Source: Heteronotia binoei | Taxonomy: Eukaryota | Assembly: GCF_032191835.1 (NCBI RefSeq) | Contig: NC_083236.1 | Span: 39,618,001 to 39,682,000, forward strand | Length of the DNA: 64,000 nt | Direction of reading: 5' to 3' | Shown here: positions 1 to 10,827 of the stretch, piece by piece | How the letters are laid out: every line of letters begins with the position of its first letter | How positions within the stretch are numbered: the first letter of the stretch is position 1 | The notes under the pieces: generated by a model | Databases searched by the model: none | What the model saw: only the letters and a program-made list of their open reading frames with translations | Told to the model about the DNA's origin: nothing | Made by a program: the position numbers and the translations under genes

Positions 1-256
1 CCCATAGCTAAGAAGGGTGGGGGGGCACGGTCACCCCATTCAACCCCCCCTTAAAGCTCTCTGGCCGCTCTGTTGGGCTGAGACCCCAGGCAGAAGCTGC
101 CCCCTCCCCCCTGCCAATCACCTGATCGGCGAGTAAAATGCAGCTACAGTGGCTGCCACCCCTCCCCTTCTGCTGCAGCAGCATTTTATGCCCCCCCAAC
201 TAAAAATGTATCCGCTGCCCCCCCCCCATTGATTTTTTTTTCTGGCTACGGGCCTG
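1..256. mobile_element. Right end of a non-autonomous TIR DNA element, truncated by the window edge
   Basis: A GC-rich block ends abruptly in TCTGGCTACGGGCCTG (241-256), resembling a C-A-G-G...-type TIR, followed by AT-rich DNA. The other end is not in the window. Confidence 0.4.
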
Positions 257-360
257 TGTACCATGCATTTGAAGGCTTTTTAAGGAAAGAAAAAACAGAA
301 CACATTTCTGGAATTACAAAACTTTTGCATGCAAAAAAATCTTCTGAGAAAATTATATCT

Positions 361-400
361 ATTGTTGTTGTTGTTGTTATTGTTATTATTATTACTATTG
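361..400. repeat. (GTT)n/(ATT)n microsatellite
   Basis: Directly visible trinucleotide run. Confidence 0.9.
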
Positions 401-1555
401 TGATACTTGAAACTGGTGCTGGTCTATGCAGATTTTAAATGTGTTTGTCAGATGCCATTAGTCACTCTGTGAAATCTCTCAGTAATAGTTAGCCCTTGAA
501 TTTGCTGCAGCTAAGGAGAATTTAACACTGATTGATGGGAGATCACTTAGCAAGTTGGCAGGCTTTCCAATTTACGGCAAGGAAATTGCTCTATTCTTTA
601 CGTTCTTTCTTTCTTCTGCAGGGGGACAGTAAGATATATGTGCCTGGGTGCACCAAACAGTGAAGATCTGATTGGCAATCCTGCAGGTCTTTTTTACAAT
701 TATGATTTTATCATTTTCAAAAATTGTATACTGAATGTCAAGTGTCTTGGGTGAAATGGTTGTTTTTAAATCTTTCTATTTATCAAGGGCAGCTGATAGG
801 TCTGCATCACACACACAGCCGTGCTGCACAAAGGGGAACGTGCTACCTTGGTAGATGAAAGGAAAAAAAGCACTCACCCTGTCACATATATTTCATTCCC
901 CATCGTTTCATGATGTTCCATTCATTCAAGGCCTAATTCCTCTGTATCTTCCATATAAGACCTCTTGCCATCATGGAAGCTTATTGATAGCCCACTCTAC
1001 ATACCACAGTTAATGGATGAAGCTGGGACTGCCTTATAACAACGTATCAAAACTTCCCTGAGACTGGCTAAGCCTCATAAGGGCCAGTAAAGCTTAGCTA
1101 GTACTACCCCTGTTGCCTTGTGCATCATTCTTTTAAACAAAGAGGAAACAAATTCATGCAAGTGGGAAGCATGGTTGCCAATTCGGACTTGGGAAATTCC
1201 TGGAGATTTAGGAGTAGTGCCTGGGGAGGGTGGAGTTTGGGGAGAGTGATCCATAAGGATATAATGCTATAGAGTTCACCCTCCAAAGTTGCCATTTCTT
1301 CCAGGGAAACTGATCTGTGTACTCTGGAGACCTGTTGAACTTTCGGCAGAACTCCACGACCTCCCTTAAGGTTAGGCATCCTAGTGAAAAATCTTCCCTT
1401 CCTTTAAGGAACACTTCCAGTGAAGTCCTAAGAACACTTGCCTTGAAGTAAGCCCCATTGAACAGATGTGGATGGAATTTTGAGTAGATCTGCTTAGGAT
1501 AGCTTTCTTAGTATAGTTTAAACACTAGAAGCACAGGAAGAAAATTGATTCATTT

Positions 1556-1738
1556 CAGGGCTTTTTTTGTAGCAGGAATTCCTTTGCATATTAGGTCACA
1601 TACCCCTGATGTAGCCAATCCTCCAAGAGCTTACAGGGCTCTTAGTACAGGGCTTACTGTGAGCTCCAGAAGGATTGGCTTATATCAAAGGGTGTGGCCT
1701 AATATGCAAAGGAGTTCCTCCTACAAAAAATCCCTTTG
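1556..1738. mobile_element. hAT-type palindromic MITE
   Basis: Long TIRs CAGGGCTTTTTTTGTAGCAGGAATTCCTTTGCATATTAGG / CCTAATATGCAAAGGAGTTCCTCCTACAAAAAATCCCT and a perfect 8-bp TSD ATTCATTT (1548-1555, 1739-1746). An 8-bp TSD is typical of hAT. Confidence 0.85.
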
Positions 1739-1749
1739 ATTCATTTAAA

Positions 1750-1962
1750 TGTAGTGTTAGAGGAGAGTCTTACAATATCACAGACAAACAAAAAGTCCAA
1801 AGAAGTGTGTTCTAGATAAAATCAAGTCTGAATTGCCTCTAAAATCCAAAATGGCTAAACTGTGGCTACTGAACTTTGGTCACATTGTGAGAAGACAAGG
1901 CTCATTGGCAAGACAGTAATGCTAGAAAATAATGAAGGCAGTAGGGAAAGAGGCAGACCCAT
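1750..1962 (+). mobile_element. RTE-BovB LINE 3' ORF fragment (degenerate)
   Basis: Frameshifted translation gives FGHIVRRQGSL..TVML...EGSRERGRP, the characteristic BovB/RTE C-terminal motif. Confidence 0.7.
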
Positions 1963-1965
1963 TAT

Positions 1966-2086
1966 AACCATGATGCATTCAGTGAAGGCAAAAATTGAGT
2001 GCCCGTCCTAGACAAGCAAGTTGGTTGTCTAGGTCTTGGAGGATGATGGGTATCCAGATTTTGCCTTCATTGAATGCATTATGGTT
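1966..2086. mobile_element. 121-bp foldback / MITE-like insertion
   Basis: 28-bp inverted repeats AACCATGATGCATTCAGTGAAGGCAAAA / TTTTGCCTTCATTGAATGCATTATGGTT (2 mismatches). No clear TSD. Confidence 0.5.
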
Positions 2087-3439
2087 GAATCAACCAATTA
2101 AGATAACAGTGAAGAATGGAAATACACACAAAACTAGCAGATTTTGAATCAGCTCATAGCAGCATTGCATCAGGCAGGGCAAATGGTATTTGCAGTAGGA
2201 TGGGCTACCTACTGGATCTATTTGCAATAGTAGTTTAATACAAATGTTGAATCAAAAGTTCATTTTGCACCATGGAAGAGGGATGCGTTTTGTCAACTTT
2301 ATGCTCCCAATGCAGACCCCACTTTCGTTCCGCATGCAGATCCTGTCTTCAGGAGCACTGGAGGGAGTTGAAGCAACCAGCAAAAATTGCCCCCTCTTCT
2401 GTTGGTGGAAGTGACCCATGCTGGTAGAAAATCTCTTTATGATTGAACCCAGAGCCTTTTCTGTGAGTCATTTTGGTATGTGTCAATTACCTTTTCTCTT
2501 GTTCTCTCTTCTGGAGCTTGACATGATTAAATATGTTTCCCAGCATGAAGTTACTTTGGGATATATTTAAAAACTTGGTGATACAGGCATGCCTCTTCAC
2601 CGCAGCAAAAAAAAAAAAAAAAAGGAAACAGAACTCAAGCGTCTTTTTTTTTTGTCCCCATTATATCTTACAAGAACAGTTTTGAGAGAGCTATTTGAAA
2701 AACTGCTGAGTCCACATGACTTTCCCCTAGTCAGAGAATTCTCTTCAAATGTACACACACCTGGGAAATGGTCTCTGCAAAAGAACGGTGTTTTCCTCAT
2801 AGAAATGCATCTAAAAATATTGCTGTTGGGCTGCAGATTTCATGCCCCACAGCAAAGCAAAACTGACACTTCCAAAATATAGACAGTAAGCACCGTAATG
2901 AAAACAAATGTGTTTAAAAGTGTGCTCTGGGGCCCAATTATGTACTCATTACAGGATTACAGTGGGATGCTCTGTATATGTTGTGTGGTTACAGAATGGT
3001 GGTCTTGGGGAATGAAATAATAGCAATGACGGCTTTCCTTGGCTTAGCAGGCAGGACACATTTGGCAACTTCTTTTCATGAAACTTTTCTCCCTGGTCTG
3101 AAGGCAAATTATTCCAGATCATGGCTGCAATAGATTGGCATGCATATAAGATATCAGCTCCACACCTGAATATCTATGTTTGTTTCTCCTTTAGCATCTC
3201 CCAGGTCAAAAGGTCTTGGGCACAGGACATCTAGGTCAGCTGTTCTGGACCCAGCTTTGGGGGGGGGGGGGCAGTGTCCCTGCAGTCAGTTGCTCTGAAG
3301 CACTGTCACATGACATGCTGAGGAGATGTTTGACTGGCTGGCTGGCAAAGTCCTGAAGATACTACATGTTGTAGAGGTGCCTGGTGGCTAGTCAAACTCC
3401 AAAGCTTCCTGAGCACAGCAGGTCTTCCCCCCCTCCTTT

Positions 3440-3642
3440 CTACATGCAGCTGCTGGGTGACCTTGGGTCAGTCACAGTTCTCTCAGAGCTGTTCTCTCAA
3501 GAGCAATTCCCTCAGAGCTCCCTCAGCACTATCTACCTCACAGGGTGTCTGTTGTGGGGAGAGGAAGGGAAGAAGACTGTAAACTACTCTGAGACTCTGA
3601 GTGAAGGGCAGGGTATAAATCCAATCTTCTCCTCCTCTACTT
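3440..3642 (+). mobile_element. tRNA-derived squamate SINE, 3' part
   Basis: Shares CTACCTCACAGGGTGTCTGTTGTGGGG...GGGTATAAATCCAATCTTCT with the other SINE copies in the window. Confidence 0.75.
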
Positions 3643-4269
3643 CAGGGGTCACCAACCTTTTCAACCTGCAGGCACTTTTGGAATTCTGACACAGAGGGGG
3701 GAAATCACAAAAAGGCAGAGTCAACCACAGCATGGCTGCCACCAGGCCTCAGATTCAGTGGGAGCTCACAGGAGCACAGCTCCTGAACCTTTCTGAAAGT
3801 TCCACTTCCTCCTTCTGAGAGTTCCACCTCCTTGTCCATTGAATAGTATGTGCAGCTGCATAACAATCCCTGGATGAGCTCCACCACCTATTTTTCTACA
3901 AAATGACTCCTGGCTGCCACAGACGGCACAGCCAACTACAAAATGCTAGGGAAAAAGATTATGCATAGCTCTAAATAACTTGTCAACATTTAGGCAGAAA
4001 TTCTGTTTAACAGGATGTCTTTTAAAATGAACATTTTAAACATTTTTTTTCTTGGATACACGGTAACACTGTGATGTTACCTGCGCTGTTCTGGACGCTG
4101 CTACGGAAGCAATTTTTAGAAAATTCAGCACAGCCAATCAAATCTCCAATGGAACTGCTGGCCAAACTCCCCACCTGACACTGCCCGCTTTTTAAGAACA
4201 CTTGATGCGGACCAGGAAAGGTGTCAGTGGGTACAACGGTTTCCATAGACACCATGTTGGAAACCTCTG
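3643..4269. mobile_element. hAT-type non-autonomous DNA transposon
   Basis: Termini CAGGGGTCACCAAC / GTTGGAAACCTCTG with a degenerate 8-bp TSD (CTCTACTT / CTCTAGCT). Internal GGAATTCTGACACAG and AAAATGGCTGCC motifs recur at about 12.9, 15.2, 20.0-20.3 and 62.7-63.1 kb. Confidence 0.7.
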
Positions 4270-5417
4270 CTCTAGCTGGTTCTTTCTCGCTTCCTCTCAC
4301 CTTCTTTTGGGGGGGAGCAAGGTCTCATCCTCCAGTTCTGCCTGGAGTCTCAGAATCACTCCTTGCGCCAACATGCCCATCCCTTGCTGTTGTTTAATGT
4401 TGTCATATGATTGTGCCCAGCACCAATAGGATCATGTCTGGGCCATTGGCTTTGGGAATCTCAGCCAATTAGTCAGGAGTTGGTGGACTGTTTTTATAAA
4501 CTAGGTTCTGCCCCCCCCCCTCCCCACCATTTTCTGCATGTTGTCTCCCCTGCCAGATATAATATTAACCAGTTGTTTAATGAGGCCAATGAAATTTGTG
4601 AAGGTGGCATGTAAATTAACTTTCTTTTGTCTGCTACACACAGTTGATAGAGTTGGGTTTCATTTAGCTAGGTCTGGTTTATGCGACAAGTTAGGTCATA
4701 ACTATGAAGTCAGGTATATTCAGGTGAATAGAGCATAGGAAGTCATACGTGGAGAGCACCCTGAGATATCCATTCCCAAGTCAGCCCATAATTGGCTTGA
4801 ACAGCTGGATGGGACCCCTTTGGCATTAAGCACAATCAGTGAAGTCCCATGGTACATGGGGAGGGACAGATGAGATTTAATACTTCTTAACACAGTTGTT
4901 GATGAAGGATGGATAAGCCAAACTGGTAGTAATACCATCCAAGTATGGAGCCAGGGTGGGTTTCCTCACAACATAGCTTCATACCCAGGAAAAGTTTTTT
5001 TTTTAAATTTAGAAAACAAATAAACAACAACAACAAATCCCAAATGTTTGATTTGCATGAGACAGAAATAAAACTGAAAAGGAAACTTTCAGATCAAAAC
5101 AAAAACAAAACAGAGGTGAGGAATTTGAAATCATCCCTAATCCAAATTTGAAATCTTCCCTAATCAGTCATGAGGAGACATTCTGTCCTGTTCCCAGGTT
5201 CTAATCGCCTTCAAAATCACCCTGCCAGCACTTTTTAAATGTTAGGCACACACCTTGGAACTTGCTGAAATGCTCATTTGACACATTTAATAATGTGAAA
5301 AAGTAAGGCTCAACTATAATCTCCTAATTCTATTCATGTCCAAGGAAGCTGAACTCAATAATTATGCATAAGGCTAAAATAAAGTCATAGGGTCTTTATT
5401 TTTTATCTGGACTTCAT

Positions 5418-5632
5418 AGAAAAAGAGGAGTTGGTTTTTATACCCTGATTTTTCCTACTCTAAGGAATCTCAAAGCAGTTTGCAATCACATTCACTTCCT
5501 CTCGTCATAGCAGGTACCTTGTGAGGTAGCTGGGGCTGAGAGAGTTCTGAAAGAATTGGGATTGGTCCAAGGCCACCCACTAGGCATCATATGGAAGAGT
5601 GGAGAATTGAATCTGGGTCTCTAGATTAGAGT
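5418..5632 (-). mobile_element. tRNA-derived SINE (degenerate)
   Basis: Reverse complement of the SINE body and tail seen elsewhere in the window. Confidence 0.6.
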
Positions 5633-5649
5633 TATGCCATAGATGTTAA

Positions 5650-5849
5650 CAGGGCTTTTTTTTGTAGAAAAAGCTCAGCAGGAACACATTTGCATATTAA
5701 GCCACACACCCTGATGTCACCATTGTTTCTCACATGGCTTTTTTGTAGAAAAAGCCCAACAGGAATGCATTTGCATATCAGGGCACACCCCCTGACACCA
5801 AGCCAGTTAGAACTGCGTTCCTGTGCATTCCTGCTCAAAAAAAGCCCTG
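5650..5849. mobile_element. hAT-type MITE (same superfamily as 1556-1738)
   Basis: TIR CAGGGCTTTTTTT / AAAAAAAGCCCTG with a perfect 8-bp TSD GATGTTAA (5642-5649, 5850-5857). Confidence 0.85.
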
Positions 5850-6984
5850 GATGTTAAATTCTCAACTCATGTCTTTCAAAAAAACTATAGTGTTTGGTAG
5901 GAAATACTGCTGCTATGCAAATTGATGAATATAGAAAGTCACTAGTAAAACATTAAAAAATAGTGTTTGAAAAATTGAATTTGGAGCTGTATATGATTTT
6001 CTGGATGGGGCATATTTTCAAGTATTTAGAATCTTTTACAGCGACCAAATTCAAAGAGAGGATAGAGATGCTTTGATCAAGCAAATAGGTCTTTAAGGCT
6101 GGGTTATAGTGGCTGGTGCTGGTTAGACTGTCAGATACTCAGCCCAAGGGCAGCAAGTATTTCAGAGGGAGGCATCTGAAAGCTGGTGAACCAAAGGTAT
6201 TCTAGCTCAGGTGTCCCCAATCTTGTTGAGCCTGGGGACACATTCTGCATTTTGAGAACAGGGAGTAACAGGTTTACTATCTGTCTACCTGCAGTGCAAC
6301 CCCACCCCCCAGTTGCCCACAATCCAAAAACGAGAGTATGTCTCAGATGCTGTGATATCATTCACTCCTCCTCCTCCTCAGATTCTACCCCTAAAAGCTT
6401 CCTTAGTCACAAAATGGCTGCCATGGGGTGCTCAGATCAGTTGCCAGATATTGGGAAGTTACAAGCCAAGCATCCTTCTTATACTACATACATCTTCCTA
6501 TGAGACCCAATGTGGATTAGAGCATTGGGCAAGAATCTAGGAGACCTGAGTTCAAAATCCATGTTCTGCCATGAAATTCCCTGGGTCTAGTCATCCTCTG
6601 TTTAGCATTCCTTATTCTGAAGATAAAATTGAGGAAGGGAGAATACCACTTTGGAAGAGAAGCAGGATAAAAGAGATGAAATACATAAAAAGCAATGGAG
6701 GCAGTGGTTTCTGAATAGGTGTTCCCTGCAGCTTCAAAAGTGATGCCTTCTGAAATACTTCCTTCTCAAATAAGGTGCAGAAAAGCCAGGACTGATTTTT
6801 TTTTTTTTTTAAGCTTTAGGGAAGAGATGCTTTGTCAAATATACAAACAGGCACTAAAAAAGCCATTGGCAGGCACCATGACACCCGTGGGTGCCACATT
6901 TGGGATCACTGGTCTACTTTGTCCTTCTTCAGTGGAAGACTCTTATTCTTTTCTTGGAGGACAAGACTCTTCCTTCAGACTCCT

Positions 6985-7740
6985 CACATACTGGAAGGAA
7001 TAGAACAAAATAGGAGTCAATTGCACCTTTAAGACCAACTTAGTTTTATTCAGAAAGTAAGCTTTCATGTGCATGCACACTTCTTCAGATGAAGAATGAG
7101 GTACAGTAAGCAGAGAAACATATAGCTTGTGGGGTTTGGAATGCCAAGTGGTACGAAGTTAAAATCCAATAGCAGAATAGTAAAATTAACAAATTCAGAA
7201 AACCTTTGATCTGGGTTGTATTAGCGTGGGAAACCATAAAACAGCAACATGTCAGAATGTGAGCATGCCTGTTAATTATTCTATTGCTAATAAACCTGGG
7301 TCAAAAAGAAGGCATTTCTTTCCCAGAAGTTTTTCCTGTCCAACTAATTTACCTTTTAACATGTGACATTCATCATTCTAGTTTGCCATTAGGAAAAAAT
7401 AGTGAAAGATTGGTTTAGTATATATAATGAGATAAACAGCCAATATCCCTTGTTTGAGTATGTCAATACCAAAGCATTATTCTGATACACTATCCTAAAA
7501 GAGAAATACATTGGGATACTGTGCATATATCACCATACTTGGTGAAAGTGGGTTTAGCATTTGTAATGAGGTTCAAAACAACAGCTCTGTTCAGTCCTAG
7601 GGAGGTTTTTGTTCCAAGTTTCATAATAGTTTGTAATTCAGCAATTCCCCTCTCCATTCTGTTCTTGAAATTCTGAGAGTGGGTTTAGCATCTGTAATGA
7701 GATAAAAAACAATATCCCTGTTCAGTCCTGGGGAGGTGTT
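6985..7740 (-). mobile_element. Penelope-like element, 3' part (end of EN ORF and pLTR region)
   Basis: The minus strand has GLNRD-like ORF termini and the pLTR motif CTGAAGAAGTGTGCATGCACATGAAAGCTTAC...GTTGGTCTTAAAGGTGC. It continues at 12131 across the inserted element. Confidence 0.8.
7058..7090 (-). ncRNA. Minimal hammerhead ribozyme motif of the Penelope pLTR (probably decayed)
   Basis: The minus strand reads CTGAAGA-a-GTGTGC-at-GCACAT-GAAA-GCTTA: CUGANGA and GAAA cores, stem II and a palindromic AGCT stem III. Confidence 0.6.
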
Positions 7741-7741
7741 T

Positions 7742-8139
7742 GCCCCCCCAGTCGGAATGAAGAGGCAGACACAGGAATTGGGTTTAAAACCGGGCCGCTT
7801 TATTAATCACATAACACTGTAACTGGCAGGGGGTGAAACCTGAACCAGACAAGCCCTGGGGTCAACACCTGGACCCCGCCTTGTCCAAAGGGCGAGCCAC
7901 CCTGCCCCCAGCACAAGCCCGCCGTATTCGGGTTGTAGCTGAGCGGCCAGGCCTGTAGCCATCACTATCTGGGCTGGCATCGATCCCCATGGAAAGATCC
8001 GACCAGGTGAGGCTCCCTGTGATCTGCATCACCGCACTGAGCCGTGTAGCCCATCTACGGTTCCTGCAGACCACCGCACCAACGGTGCTAGGCCATAGGT
8101 GCTCCCCTGGAAAACCCTGTGGCCAAACCTCCTCCAGCC
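7742..8139 (-). repeat. Split direct repeat B2 (398 bp)
   Basis: Copy of 8486-8883. It contains minus-strand AATAAA near the element's 3' end. Confidence 0.95.
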
Positions 8140-8305
8140 TGCGACCTTAACCATTACCGTAACAAAACTAAACTAACCGGTAGTACAAGGTAGGCAAAAA
8201 ACATCCCCACGATGGCCAATTGTGTGGAGATGAAAAAATTCCTACCTGGCCCCTAATAAGGCGACCAGCATACGCCTGTACTACCGAAAGGGACGGGTGG
8301 GCGGG

Positions 8306-8485
8306 CAGAGAGCCAAAGTAACTGCGTGCCGGGGAGCGGGGGCCGGGGCTTATATAGCCCCGGCTCCCGCCTACAACAAACACCCGTATGTGGGGTGATA
8401 TTGCCCCTCCCTCCTTCCGGGGCGGCAAAGGCGGCCCCCAGCCCGAGCGCCGGGAAGCCGGCTTGGCTGGGAGGGGCCGGACATT
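8306..8485 (-). repeat. Split direct repeat A2 (180 bp)
   Basis: Copy of 11951-12130. Confidence 0.95.
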
Positions 8486-8883
8486 GCCCCCCCAGTCGGA
8501 ATGAAGAGGCAGACACAGGAATTGGGTTTAAAACCGGGCCGCTTTATTAATCACATAACACTGTAACTGGCAGGGGGTGAAACCTGAACCAGACAAGCCC
8601 TGGGGTCAACACCTGGACCCCGCCTTGTCCAAAGGGCGAGCCACCCTGCCCCCAGCACAAGCCCGCCGTATTCGGGTTGTAGCTGAGCGGCCAGGCCTGT
8701 AGCCATCACCATCTGGGCTGGCATCGATCCCCATGGAAAGATCCGACCAGGTGAGGCTCCCTGTGATCTGCATCACCGCACTGAGCCGTGTAGCCCATCT
8801 ACGGTTCCTGCAGACCACCGCACCAACGGTGCTAGGCCATAGGTGCTCCCCTGGAAAACCCTGTGGCCAAACCTCCTCCAGCC
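8486..8883 (-). repeat. Split direct repeat B1 (398 bp)
   Basis: Copy of 7742-8139. It abuts A2 to form the internal end-to-start (circle-type) junction GGACATTGCCCCCCC. Confidence 0.95.
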
Positions 8884-9039
8884 ACCGCCAATGCCAAGCC
8901 TCTGCTTAGGCATTAGCGCCCCACCGGGTGGCCCAGAGCCAACCGAACCCCCTGCCCTAACCACTAAAAGGCCCGGCTGCCCAACTCAAAAACGCCATCT
9001 GGCCGATACCGGTCAGCCTACTAGCACAGCAGGGGCGTA

Positions 9040-9300
9040 ATCCCAAGACAGCAGTAGCCCCGCACTGAGGCCAGGTTGGGTGCCCCCCCGGACCGTCTGG
9101 CGAAATGGGAAAACATAAAACCGTGCTGCGCCCGCAGATGAGAACCGACGTCACTCACCGCGAGCCTAGCATCTGAAAAACAAACAGCAGTCAGCATAAA
9201 CAACAATACAACCAAAAGAGCCCCCTACCCCCACTAGGTAACCAGAGGGCAATGTAAGTTCGGCCGGCCGCAGAGCGCCGCCTGCTCATGTGCCAGATGG
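9040..9300 (-). pseudogene. Degenerate remnants of the YR C-terminus (9251-9298) and an SGNH-hydrolase-like ORF (about 9040-9150)
   Basis: IWHMSRRRSAAGRTYI resembles the YR end motif GRWxSxAYxxYIR. VLICGRSTVL...ARRSGG...TQPGLS (frameshifted) resembles the Ngaro hydrolase start as I recall it. Not database-verified. Confidence 0.45.
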
Positions 9301-10827
9301 CGGAGTGCCATCGGGCGGATGGGGGTAGGCCCCTTTACCAGGTGGCTGCTGCCCGCCCCCGCTGCCCCCGGGGGTCTTACCTCCCGGTCTGGATGTAGAT
9401 CTACTACAGGCCGAAAGTGCGTGGGCCCCGCTGCAGAGCGGGCACTCATGCCGGAACTTACAAGGTTTCCTGGGGCACGCACCCTTAGCTGCGAATTCCC
9501 AACATAATGGCCGGGACTGGGCTGACTGGCCCGGGGTATCACAGGCCCCTGTAGAGCACTGCTGCTGCTGCAACCTCTGCACCAGATGGCCACTGTCGGC
9601 CCTATCTCCAGCATTTGGTTTTGCCGGGGACATCAATTGCAACCACAGTTGCTGATTTATTTGGTCCCAGGGCATCCCAGGGTTCACAGCGGCCCTCATG
9701 CGGAAGGCCTCGTCGTACTGCAGCCATGCCGCACCGACGAAGTCTGTATAGGCCCTATAAACAATATCTATATATTGAAAAAGGGCCGCCGCACGTGCCT
9801 GCTGCGCTCTCGCAATGACTCCGGCATAGATGAGGAAACCGGGCAACCAGTTTGCCCAGGACCGATCTACCTTCCTGCGTTTTAGCTTTTCCTTCTCCTT
9901 GTCATCGAGCTCGTCCTTATTTTTCTTTTCGAGCTCTCTGAAAAGGAGGCTAAACACGTCCACATATTCCCCCCGGAGAATTCTCTCCCGCGTGGCGGCC
10001 GTCAGGTGATCGCCCAGAGGCAAGGAAGTATCACCATAGGGGAGAATATGGAAAGGGATATTCGCATAAGGGTTGGGGGGGTAAAACCACCCACTGCCTT
10101 GGACCGCTGGCCACGTCCCCTGAAATTGTCCCAGCTGCTGACCACCCCATGGCAAAACCCCAGGAGTGGGCAGGGAGGCGGGGGCAGTAGGTGGCGCCAC
10201 AGCGCCCACCTGCTGACCCACAGGGGAAAAAACTGAACTAGGCAGCGGGCCCGGTGTATGAAGACCCCAAGCCCACTGCTGAACAGAGCTCGACTGCTCC
10301 CCCGCTCCAAAATGCCCGGCCACCCCCGCTACTCCGCCCACCGGCGACGGGTGAGGAGGAAGTTGAATGGGGCCCCAAGGCCACCCCTGAACTGGCGGAA
10401 AGGGAGGCTTACCACCATCGCCCGGAAAGACACCAGCACCTCCAGGGGTCTGCGGCCCACCGCTGCCAGATGCGCCGCCACCCGATGGCACGCCCGAAGG
10501 GCCCTCCTCCGGATCCTCCTCCTGATCAGGTTCCGACAGTGCTTCAGGCTCAGACGGCCCACCCTGTAATGCAGATAACCGAGCAAGCAACTCCGATTCA
10601 AAAGTAAGCCGCGCCGACCGGCCGGTGGCACGGCGACGCCCCCCCCAAATGGGAGCGCCCCTGGCAACTCTGTCCTGTTCCAGGGCATCCAGCTGGCTCA
10701 TAATAGCCAGCCTAACCTGCTCACTTTGCCCCGCTTCGTTAGCTGGAGTTCCCTGTTGGCCCCGCCCCCGAGGTGGGCGGGCGGGCTGCTTCCCCTTTAA
10801 CTTGCCCTGCCCTTTTCGTGGTGCCAT
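9286..10827 (-). CDS. gag: Gag-like ORF1 of the YR retroelement (513 aa)
   Basis: Uninterrupted ORF with a basic N-terminus, LGDHLTAATRERILRGEYVDVFSLL, WLQYDEAFRMRAA and a C-terminal Cys/His finger CWEFAAKGACPRKPCKFRHECPLCSGAHALSAC, typical of DIRS/Ngaro ORF1. Confidence 0.85.
   Translation of the reverse strand: MAPRKGQGKLKGKQPARPPRGRGQQGTPANEAGQSEQVRLAIMSQLDALEQDRVARGAPIWGGRRRATGRSARLTFESELLARLSALQGGPSEPEALSEPDQEEDPEEGPSGVPSGGGASGSGGPQTPGGAGVFPGDGGKPPFPPVQGWPWGPIQLPPHPSPVGGVAGVAGHFGAGEQSSSVQQWAWGLHTPGPLPSSVFSPVGQQVGAVAPPTAPASLPTPGVLPWGGQQLGQFQGTWPAVQGSGWFYPPNPYANIPFHILPYGDTSLPLGDHLTAATRERILRGEYVDVFSLLFRELEKKNKDELDDKEKEKLKRRKVDRSWANWLPGFLIYAGVIARAQQARAAALFQYIDIVYRAYTDFVGAAWLQYDEAFRMRAAVNPGMPWDQINQQLWLQLMSPAKPNAGDRADSGHLVQRLQQQQCSTGACDTPGQSAQSRPLCWEFAAKGACPRKPCKFRHECPLCSGAHALSACSRSTSRPGGKTPGGSGGGQQPPGKGAYPHPPDGTPPSGT

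Noticed and set aside
598-690. Strong pyrimidine tract plus CAG at about 600-620 suggesting an exon
   Set aside because: There is no convincing downstream donor or coding frame, so it cannot be supported.
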